Below are positions 52,956-64,000 of a DNA stretch of 64,000 nucleotides, piece by piece. Every line of letters begins with the position of its first letter. Positions within the stretch are counted from its first letter, which is position 1. The stretch lies in assembly GCA_964016885.1 (NCBI GenBank), contig OZ024742.1, positions 112,344,001-112,408,000 on the forward strand. Direction: 5' to 3'. The notes below the pieces were generated by a model. That model was not told the DNA's origin, did not search any database, and was given only the letters and a program-made list of their open reading frames with translations. Position numbers and translations under genes: made by a program. Origin of the DNA: Eledone cirrhosa (lineage: Eukaryota).

Positions 52956-54287
52956 ATGTGTGTGTGTGTGTGTGTGTATGTGCGTGTGTCCGTGCATATA
53001 TATATATATATATATATGAGTCCACGTATGTGTGTGTGTTTGTGTATTCATATATACATAGATATAAATCGTCATTTATTAGAAAGTATAAACGGGAGGC
53101 GCCAATACATCTTAATATAACCAAGTAATAATCATCAGCGATATTGCAAAGACGTCAAAAGTGTGAACTAAATTATGGTCAACATATTGGAAACCATATT
53201 TGAAACATTTACATTGTTACCCTTGAAATAAATGACATTATAATATGATGATAATCTAATAATTGAAATTATAATATGATGATAATCTAAAAATATTGAA
53301 CCGATCAAATTAAATTTGATATATGCTAATTAGAAAGAAATGATATTTCATCTGATATAATCTTATGATAAAATATCGACAACAATATCACCAGCCACCT
53401 AGCCGGCTTTGATATATTAGAAATTGTAATAAATAGCCGTACCACCAGAGTAGCTAAGCTTGTTGAATGGAGCAGCTATAGTAGTCCGGTGTAGATACCT
53501 GCTATAAATGTTTGTTTCGAGAATGTGTAATCCAAGGAATATCCCGTGGAAATATGAGAATCATATAAAGATGTAAAATACAAAAAAATTCAAATAACTA
53601 AAGTTTCTGGATATATAAACTTGTCGACAGCACACTAGAAACAAATATAGAAATAAAACAATAAACGAAAAGAAAAAAAAACGAAACATCACACCATACT
53701 AGACATGAAAGTCAGCTTACATCAAAACATCTTTTCTAAATTATAAAGAATCCTCCTGTATGAATAAGGACATATCGGGTTTAAAGTTAATAGTCTATCG
53801 TGAGTAAAAAAATATAATTCAACAAAACATAGATGAAACAGAACAGATATCTATCATGCTAACAGCGTGACAGGTAGCAGATGTTGGTAAATAGTAACGG
53901 AAGGATTTGTATAGCTACAAAATATGTAAAAACGAAAAATAAAAAATTATGGGAAGTGATAAATACGAAATATTAATGCAAATTATATAGAATACAGGCA
54001 AGAGTTAGGCAAACAAAATATAAAATATACATCCAAAATGTTTTATTCCCTAATCACATCTGACATTATTGGCTGAAATATTTGTTTACATAAACATAAG
54101 CTTCCGCCTATATATATTATCTATTTATTAATTTCAAGAACGTCAGTATTCCGTGTGTCATAATTCTAGATTATCATGGGTTCATAGGTTTCAAACGACT
54201 AGCCCACCTCAACGACGCCAAACTGAATTTAATATGCATAATGTCAATGAGGGAGTGCGAGGGGAGAGCGTGAACGCTGTGTTCAAT

Positions 54288-54912
54288 AACTATTAACATG
54301 TGTGCGTGCGTGCAGCATTCCACAGAAAGTAAAAACTAGCAACATTGGTGAATGGGTGCTTGTGTAAGTTTGCGTGCGTGTGCACGTTTCCATACGTGTA
54401 TGTGTGTGCCTTTCCACAATCGCCCCGCAGTTGATCTGTCTGTGTGCATGTCTGTCGGTTTAACATACACAGAGTTGTGAAGGGAGTAAATAGGGAACTT
54501 TCTTTACATTGACGGACATTTTTTATATTTATTATTGTGTCATTTTAATACACTATGTATATGTGTCAGTGTAGAGACATGTGTGATCTGTGTGGAAATA
54601 TGAGGGGAAGGAAAGCAATAATTATTAACATGTGTGCGTGTGTATGTACGTGCGCGTATGTTTATAGGTGTGTGCGTGCGTGCAGCGTTCCACAGAAAGT
54701 ATAAACTATCAACTTGTGTGAGTGTGTGCGTGTGTAAGTTTGCGTGCGTGTCCGCGTTTCCATGCGTGTATGTGTGTGGCGTTCCACAATCTCCACGCAG
54801 TTTATCTGTCTCTGTGCCTGTCTGTCCGCCTAACATACACAGAGTTCTGAAGGGAGTAAATAGGGACCTTCCTTTACCTTGACGGACATCTTTTATATTT
54901 ATTATTGTGTAA
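54288..54912. repeat. Two tandem ~250-bp Helitron-associated repeats; terminal motif recurs at 57389-57435
   Basis: GTGCGTGCGTGCAGC.TTCCACAGAAAG...GTAAATAGGGA.CTT...GACGGACAT.TTTTATATT. Confidence 0.75.
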
Positions 54913-54923
54913 TCTTTTGACAC

Positions 54924-57299
54924 TTGCTCGAAATTAATACTGATAATAAAAGCAATTCGACTTTATCAAACAGTGAACTACAGCGGCAACGGCGTGCAGC
55001 CAGCAATAAACAAAAACGGACCGAACAGCGCCATCGGAACGCCGAACCTCAGATGCGAAGACATGCCGCCATGAATGAAGAGGAACTGGCTGAACAACGC
55101 CTACGAAACACGCGACAGCGTGCTGCGATGGTTGAAATCGAACTGGCTATGCATCATCAGCAGATGGCCAGAATTCAGCAGCAACGGCGTGCTGCGATGG
55201 ATGAAGAGGAGCTGGATGAACAGCGCCGGCGCAATACAGATGTTCAGAGATTGTGTCGCGAAAGTGATCCTCATTCCAGTAAAGAGGCTAGAAGGCAAAC
55301 GAATGATATTGAAAATGGATCATGGCAACCGTGTCATTTTCAGATTGGTGGACGAGCAGAGTGTCCACATTGTGGAGCATTGCTTTGGAGGCACGAAAAG
55401 ACGTGGACCACAATGTGCTATCATAAATGAGCAGTTCAACTAGAACCTTTGCGAATGCCGGATGATGAGGAGTCAACGGAGTTTAAAATACTAAGTATGT
55501 GTGGTGCTGAAGGAGACCGAGGTAGATTACTGAGCAAATATTCGCGGCAAATTAACAATTCATTAGCTTCAGCATTGCAGAGAGTTAGTGAGATGTTTGA
55601 GAGTGGAGCATGGCAGCCGAATGTAGTCATTCAAGGCCGTTTGTATCATTGCATTGGTAATTTAGAAGTTACCCCAGGAAAGAGGCCTCGATTCGCTCAA
55701 ATTTACGTGAACAATCCAGATTATAGTGAATCGGAGGATGATATCAGGATCGGTTGGATGAAGTTGCCGGGAAATATAACTGAACTAGAACGGCAAATGT
55801 TAAGTGATTTGATCCGTGATTTGCAATCATAACTTAGACAGTGTAATCTTTATATTATGGATTTCATGTTGGTGGGTGAACTGCAAAATGTTCAGCAGCA
55901 AACATTACTGATTAATGCTGACACAGTGCCAAGGAATCAACACGAACGGCGATATAATGCCCCTGAAGGATTTCGTGAAGTTGCTGTGTTGATGGACGAT
56001 AAGCCTGGATCGAGAGATATCGTCCTCAATCGAAGATATGGTGGTCTGAAGACTATCAATGAGTCAAATAGGGCATACGATCGATTGCGTTATGTTCTTT
56101 TATTCCCAAAAGGTGAAGATGGATGGAACATATCTGTTCATTTAGATGATCATGAGAATCAGCATCAACAGGGAGGTGGCAATAGACACAATAATTCGAT
56201 TCGCGACTTTTACTCGTTCCTTTTGAAAGAGAGGAATCAACAGAGAAATGCGCTATTTCAAGCCAGAAGATTGTTCCAGGAATACTGTTGTATGGCATTC
56301 GCAAAGATCGAAAGTCAAATGCTAAATTATATAGCTACACATCAGCAACATATCAGAGCTGAATTGTATAATAATATACAGGATGGGTTAACAGCCGATG
56401 ATGCCAATTACAACCAAATTGGTCGACGCATCATTTTGCCATCGGCGTTCATCGGCGGCCCGATATATCTGAACATTCGCTATCAGGATGCAATGGCTAT
56501 TGTCAGAAAGTTTAGAAAGCCAGATTTGTTTATAACGGTTAGATGCAATCCTGAATGGACTGATATTAAGGATGAACTTTTGCCAAGTCAACAGCCAAAG
56601 TACCGTCCTGATATTGTGGCAAGAGTATTTAAAGGATATCTGAAAAATATAATGGATTATGTGGAAAAAGAGGGAATGTTTGGGGGTATAGTTGCTTTTA
56701 AATACGTAACTGTTTTCCAGAAAAGAGGATTGCCATATGCACATTTTCTGATCATTTTACATAGAGATTGCAAATTGAGATGTGCTGAGGATGTCAACAG
56801 CACTTTGTGTGCTGAACTGTCGGAGAATGAGGCACTACGCAACTTGGTGGCAAAGTCAATGGTGCACAACGAATGCGGTGTGGCAAATCAGAAAGCGCCT
56901 TGCATGAAAAATGGTATATGCAGTAAGCACTTTCCGAAATCTTTTGTCACGAACACTTTCTGGAACGATGGGGATGCTTATCCCTCATACAGTAGACGGT
57001 CACCTGCAAATGGCGGTTTGGTCGAAAAGCTAAACATTCGACAGGTTACAAATCAATGGATTGTGCCATACAATCCATATTTGATTATGAAATATCGTTG
57101 TCATATTAATGTGGAAATGTGTAGCTCATTGAAAGCTTGCAAATATGTACTAAAATATGTTTACAAAGGTCATGATCGAGCAATGATCTATGTCAGGAAT
57201 GATGAAGCGAAACAAGGAGATGAAGTTGGCAGGTTCCAGGATGTTCGCTCGATTGGATCTTGCAGGAAACATTCCGGCTACTTTTTGTGTCATATATAA
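54924..57299 (+). pseudogene. Helitron RepHel, zinc finger + HUH Rep domain only; two in-frame stops; helicase missing
   Basis: Three same-frame ORFs: CPHCGALLW, IQGRLYH, RRYNAP, YVLLFPKG, ILPS.F.GGP, KPDLFIT, RPDIVARVF, FQKRGLP.AH, CSKHFPK, VPYNPYL, HINVE, KYVYKGHD. Confidence 0.93.
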
Positions 57300-57448
57300 T
57301 TTGTTGTTTTATTATTATAGCTGACCACTTATAGATAATCATGTTATCCATATCCATATTAATTTGGCATTTGTATAAATCATTTCAAGTAAATAGGGAC
57401 CTTTTTCACATCGACGGACATCTTTTATATTAATTATCTATATTTATA

Positions 57449-57786
57449 TCTACATATAATATAAAAGATTGGAACTTCCATCATCCTTTTGGGAAACGTG
57501 GAACAACCACGTCTATACAATGATACACGTTTTACAGTCAGGCAGAAGATGAACCATCTCCTAGAGATCATTATTCTAGGTGTGAGCACCTAGAATTGTT
57601 TATATACTATGCACAAACGGTACAACGAAGAGTCGTGTATATCTGGAAGATTTTTTTTACTGTTTTTGGTATCACCCCGGACTCACCTCATACTGTAACC
57701 AGACAAACGTCCAATACAATCTTTTCTCTTTTACCTGTCTTCTCTCATCATCTGTTTACCCGGGCGAAGCTGGGTACTTCAGCTAG
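57449..57786 (+). mobile_element. Helitron 3' terminus or small non-autonomous Helitron
   Basis: A|TCTACATATAATATAAAA start; GC hairpin CCCGGGCGAAGCTGGG then CTAG|T at 57783-57787. Confidence 0.65.
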
Positions 57787-58933
57787 TTATGATTAACAAT
57801 GAAAGTAGAACATTCTATATGTTTGTGTGGGTTTGATTTTCTCTTACTAAGGAATAACTAGAAGCTGCTTATAGCGTATGGTGTGCATAAAGTTCTTATG
57901 ATTAACATGATGTTCTTACTATGAGATGCATTGGGATTTCGTGAAATATTAGTCGTGCATAATTTAAAACATATAACATTACAGTATATCAAATGTATGA
58001 TTATTATATTGAAAATCATGCAGCAAATAGGAGAATTATAACACGCTATCAATATTATTCAAAATATAAATATTCAAAGAGGTCACACCTGGCAGAAACA
58101 CATTGAATTACAATGTTAACCGAGATGCTTAGGGATTCAAGTTTTATGAAACATTCATTAGCAATCCTCTTGACTCTTTTCTGCAGATATAATTAGATCT
58201 CAAACATTAGGATGCACAAATTTGATACAGAAATGGAGAGGAATTTCACACTCTAAATATATGAAAGTATAAATTTATGTTGGGCTCACCAAATACAAAA
58301 ATTACAAGAACATCTCGACATCAAATAACATAAGATATATAAACGAAACGGATATATGGATGCACGGATATACGGAATACTGATGAATAATTTAGGTAGA
58401 GTAATAGTAAAGATATGTAATATTGCAAAATGACTGTACCCATTGAAATACTACTGCCGCCAAACCAAATATAATCCTTTAAACTAAGTGTATCTTAATC
58501 GTTTTTTTCTTATTTTCTATTATGTCATCATACTATTGAGCGATAAATCATAATCATATGATAAGTCTTATTTCAACATAGACATATGATCTCTTATACA
58601 AAGAGGCAGATATGCGAGCTCAAGCAAACTCAGACAAATTACTAACTCAAATAAACAATCCTACTCAGACTTTAGCACAGCAAACAATATCGGTACCTCC
58701 ACATACCACTATCTCTTGCGATAGCCTTACCAATCAAAAAGGAATTACAGTTTCGATGATATCACAAATGTATATATGCTTGGGCGGTTGAAAATTCACT
58801 CTTGCTGTTACCATTTCCAGCACACTAGCATCGGCTTTTGCCTGATGATAACTAAATTAGCATACATAGGATATATGTGCAGGTGAAACTTTGAAACGTC
58901 AGGTTACAGGATTTGTGTTGGGATCTTATTCAT

Positions 58934-59017
<84 letters not shown>

Positions 59018-59552
59018 AAATTAAATTAAGGGTGCCATGTCCGAGAAAAGCGCCATATCCACTGTAGAATATGGTCAAAGATTACAATGAATAGATCCGA
59101 GTATTTTATATGAACTAGAAATTGATTGACATATATATATCTAAAATAAACACATGAAACAATCATAGGGGATAATTTCTGTAGTGTGTGTATCACACGC
59201 AGCTAGGTAAGTAACTAATTAAAGTGTAACTAGAACTTCAAATATAGATACCTTTTAAAATGATTAATCTCCCTTGTATATATTTCATTAAAGAAATATA
59301 TTTCACCATTAATCCGTAAACCACAGTAGTCACATCCTTCATTTTCAACAAGTGAGAAGATTTAACTATCTATGTTTACACAGCAAATGCAAATCTGCGA
59401 ATGACCCATCGCACGTGTTGCATTTTTTTTTAAATACATACATCATATCAGCCTCATCCCAGTGGCGTGAATAGGATTATCGACAGCTAGAAATAGCTGC
59501 CGAGTTCTTTCAACTGAGTTAGTTCTACAATTAAGGGGTCGTATATAAATCC

Positions 59553-59703
59553 AAAATTAAATTAAGTGTGTCATGTTCGAGACATGCGCCATATCCACTG
59601 TAGAATATCCAAGATTACAATGAATAGATTCGAGCATTTTATATCAACTAGAAATTGATTGACATTTATATGGCGCATGTCTCGGACATACAACTTTAAT
59701 TTG
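59553..59703. repeat. Short element with terminal inverted repeats; partial direct copy at 59017-59132
   Basis: ATGTTCGAGACATGCGCCATAT ... ATATGGCGCATGTCTCGGACAT. Confidence 0.6.
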
Positions 59704-61363
59704 CAGTCTAATCAATGCTGATTTAAACTGTCAATACCGATGCTACTGACAGATAACATGACAATAATTTGAATGAAACTGTCGTTTAAGCAACAGTGGA
59801 TAAATGAACACTTATTATATATGGGTGTGACGAAAAACGTCTATGAGAATATTTATTAAATACAAAAGTGGAAATTATAGATGGTGCTATAAATGCTATG
59901 CTAAGGCACGAAAGAGAGACAATTCAAATACATGCTATATGAAGAATAATATAAAATGATTTTCTGAAAAACCAGAGGATATGTGAGAATGTATAAATAC
60001 TGGTGAAAAGACTATCCTGGAGCACATATATACGTGCGATTAGAGGATTAATGACAAACTGTGATGATACCATTATTATTAACAACAAAGAAAAGATGTA
60101 AGTTAATTTGACTTTTAATTAGACCCAGAATAAAACCTCTGCTTGATAGATTTTGAAAAAGTAATGCAGCCTGAAATATTGTGTATAACTATTTTTTGTA
60201 GATTGAAGAGTGAAGTACTCATTGTTGTATTTGATGAACATTTATTATAAACAAAATAACATAAATAATCAAATATGAATACTGTACGACTTACAGAATG
60301 TACACAGTGTACATAACCATTACGTCTAGAAACAACGTACACATAATAAATTATTCATAACTTTGTAGTTAAATTATATAAACATATGGCAGTTGCGCAT
60401 ATAAAGCCTGCAGCAAAACGATGCAATGCAGAATAACAAGTCCAGTATAAATATGAAGGATATGGAGTTCGCTTTATTGATATAACATATACAGTATAGT
60501 GGAAAATTTGTAACAGAAGATATGACGTAAACATTTTAATTCGCAACTGCCATCACAGATATACGTCTAAAATATTTTAAGTAAAATGGTTAGCAGCAAA
60601 ATATTTAGGTTGTGAAATAAGAGAATCTATAAAACGCATAATATCACTGTAAAAGTATATATGAAATAAGAAATCTAAGTCAAACAAAAAGTATAGAACG
60701 TAAAATGATCACTAGAAACTTGTAGGCTAGTTTCATTAAATTTTATAGAGGCATCACCTCCCAGTCTCTCTATACAATTTGACTTTAAATAACAGTTGAT
60801 ATTGAACAAAAAAATTACCTCTTTCCCCGAGATATTTCATATTCATCAAACTATCATGGTTTCTTCAGTTTATTACATGTTTGACCAGCATTAGCGGACC
60901 TATCTCCCTCAACATTTCACTTTTATCCCTAAACGGAAATTATATTACATAATGTTGTACTGGGTTCGTTTTTCTTAATAGTAGCGGGAAACATAAAAGT
61001 TGCGGGAAAGTCAACACTGGAACGGTTTTCATCATCGCTAACCACTCAGTATATAAAAACACCCTTTTAAGACAAAAAGCAAAAACATTTAATGCAATCA
61101 ATACTATTGAAATGTAATGTTCCTATCATTTCCATGGTTACGTTACATCTTAAACTCTTATAGACTTAACTAAATTCTACACAAAATCTATGTCATATAT
61201 TCCAAACTCACCACACACTTGAGAACAACAATTAAATACTATTGACAAGAATATTTATATTAAGAATATTCAAGTTCATTTCGCTTTTCGTTTCTTATAT
61301 ATTTGATATATATTTCTCCTTATCGAGCCCTCTTTGGATTTTAGTCTTCAAATTTATTATTAT

Positions 61364-61414
<51 letters not shown>

Positions 61415-61499
61415 CTTCGTTATTATATTTTCTTTGCAAGATTTCTTATCTGAAAACTTGTGTTGAAACAGTTATTGGTATATTTTGAAAGGGTCATTC

Positions 61500-62790
61500 T
61501 GCCGATAAAATGGCACGCACCTGTTGGTTTCATCGCTCTACGCGCACCCTGGAGAGGCGTGTCTGATATTCCTTCCATCCATGTAGAGTTTAGCTTGAAC
61601 TAGCAACTATACTCGGTAGCACTGCAAGGCCATGCATTTCTAGAAGTCATTCGTGGCCCCTCGACCGAAATTCCTGTCGAAAAGTGTGTCTAGTTGATTT
61701 TCGTCAACGCCCAGAGTTTTTCCAAGGAGGTTATCGCCCACAACACCCACTAACCCTTTATAGAACGGTAATGTGGAGTTTGCGACAATCATACTGCTCA
61801 ATTGGCTGAGGGATGTAAGCGCTTTAATACATTCCAGTTTCCAAACGCCCCCTTTCGGATTTCGCTTGACCAAAGATTGCAAGTCCATGAAGGACTTAAG
61901 CTGTTGCAAAACGTGTCTAGCGAATGTCGACCACACATGTTCACAACCCAGGAAATTTGGAGATGCTGAACCCTTAGCGCAGGTTTGCACATCATCAGCC
62001 ACAGCATACCCAATCCTCGACGTAGTTGGTGTTGACAGCAGATAGAGCACCTGACCAATGGAACCTGGCCCCTCCTCAAAAGGCGAAAGAGTTAACGCTC
62101 CAGAGCAATTAGACGTGGGCTTAGACAACGTATGACGGCCAGGTGTTAATAGATGGCGGTTGCGATATACGTGTTCACCACGTCTTCCCAGCCTTTCAAG
62201 GATAGCTTACTTTTGGCACATTTGTGGGTTAGAGAAGCCATCTTGCATGTTACGTCGTCCCAGTTTTGTCCATCTGGAGGTCCGATCCTAACCAGATCCC
62301 GAATACTTTAAACAGTCAGTCCGTTCAGCGCCCAACAACGCTGTTGGAATGCATGGACATACCTCAGCAGGTACCGAGCTGCAGGCTCACCGACCTTTCC
62401 GGGTTGACATTTGCTCCTGTTACTGTTTCGTACTTCCCGAGAGCGGGTCTGCTAATCTCAATATGTTTAGTGTACGTCACAACAACAGTGACGTCGTGGC
62501 ATATACTGACATGGATCTTCCACATTCTAGTTCATGCGGGATGCCTCTCAAAGTCTTCAATTTGTGTAGTAATGGCACATGAATCAACACATGCAAAAGC
62601 GACGAAAGGGGACAACAATCTCACAGATCCAGCACATGATGTTGAATAGTTCCAATAGTTGATCGTTTAGTCTAACCACAGAGCAGATGTCGTTGTGCAT
62701 TTCAGCGATGCAGCTCATGAAAACGGGTTTAAAGCCTCCTGTTTGCGGACGGCCGCAAGGTAGCGATAGTAGAACCTATTGAAATCTTAT
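61500..62790 (-). mobile_element. Degraded Tx1/L1-clade LINE RT fragment
   Basis: Minus-strand broken translation: CPLSSLL, YETVTGANVN, FGIWLG.DLQMDK, KLSLKG...NTYIA, GG.W; related to 12003-13310. Confidence 0.75.
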
Positions 62791-63199
62791 TGATTGATCT
62801 AAATCAAATGTATCACATGAAACCCATGTGCATCAGCAATGCATAGGTATGCATGTATCTGTTTGGGGAGTGTTTGCATGGAATATAATCTTTTGGAAGT
62901 TCCATTTCCAGGTTAACATACACTTTTATGGACTTATTTTCCCAAGTACGTTTAGTAGTATTCTGAAATGGATTTACTAATTCGCATGTTTACATATTTA
63001 CGTATTAAACATGTGGGTATTTATATACATATTGAGGCAATATTTGTCGCTATGAATTTTTAAGCTTGTGACATCTTGGAAAACTGTTGATTCTGGCGTA
63101 GTTGTATGAGTTAATATTTTTTAAATTAATGTTTGGTTATACAGCGTATACTCGTGCGTGTGAGTGAATGAGTGAGTGAGTGAGTTAGTGAATGAGTGA

Positions 63200-63249
<50 letters not shown>

Positions 63250-64000
63250 GTGTGTGTGTGCGTGTGTGTATGTGTGTGTGTGCGCGTGCGTGTGTGTTTT
63301 GTTGCAATAATGCAGCTCTGAGTATAAGTACGTGTTTATAAGTGCGTGTGGGTTTGTTTGTTAATTTGTTGTGCTTGCCTAGTGTTGTTGGTCTGTACAA
63401 GCTTTAAAAGTGTGTGTTTCTGAGCGTATTATAGACATAGGAAGGAACCCAGGGGGACAGTGTTTGCGAGCATGTGTAATAGCGTACGAGGTAGGAATAA
63501 CAATGGCTAGGGGTATAGATGGAAGGGCAAACGTGTATGTGTAAGATTAAAAGGTTGGGTTGGGTGTTGTGTACATATAGGAAACTGGACCTCCCGTTCG
63601 TGCTTTCCTCATATTTATGAGTACACTTTATTCAGCAACTACACAGCCCTTGTTTCTTCTTAAATTGTTATCATGTTTTGCTCTGACCTGTTTTCTCTTT
63701 CTTCCTATCTATTTTGTTGCTATCAGCTCTCCCCGCTCTTTCCTTCTCTCCCTCTCACTTTCCCTCTACTTCTCTCTGCTAGGAACTCCACTGCTTCTCT
63801 CGCCTTTTCCTCTAGCTCTCTCTTTCTCGCTTACTCAAGCGGAGGTCAGACGTTTTTTCCCTCGTCCACACAATCTCGAACTTAAGTTCAGTAATTGGTG
63901 TTGAATTTAAATTTCACTCTCTCTTCCACTTGCTCACACACGTGTGATTCGTGTTTCCCTCTTCGGTTTGTTGTTTCCCGTTTTTCGGTGTTTTTTTTTC

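Overview
AT-rich, microsatellite-dense animal DNA with no intact host gene. The repeat content (Nin/CORE-type SINEs, abundant (TA)n) resembles octopus/cephalopod genomes; that assignment is inference. The window is a stack of mobile elements, mostly inserted into (TA)n: RTE, CR1/L2-group, Tx1/L1 and R4/Dong LINEs, three Penelope-like element (PLE) pieces (two Naiad-like), a Helitron Rep remnant and SINEs. The main signal is two unrelated 'satellites': a 310-bp unit (17105-27827, ~34.6 copies) and a 468-bp unit (35196-39537, ~8 copies). Each monomer carries a complete type I hammerhead ribozyme (HHR) inside an extended hairpin, so both look like non-LTR retrozyme (circRNA) concatemers. Both arrays, and several small HHR-bearing elements, share one architecture: two arms joined head-to-head with both 3' ends facing outward onto (TA)n, ending at arbitrary phases of the unit. 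This fits PLE-driven, two-sided target-primed reverse transcription of circular RNA. About a dozen further intact or degenerate HHRs of several families occur. There are also fold-back duplications of flanks across (TA)n and possible decayed 7TM receptor pseudogenes (weak). Coordinates were read by eye and element ends are approximate.
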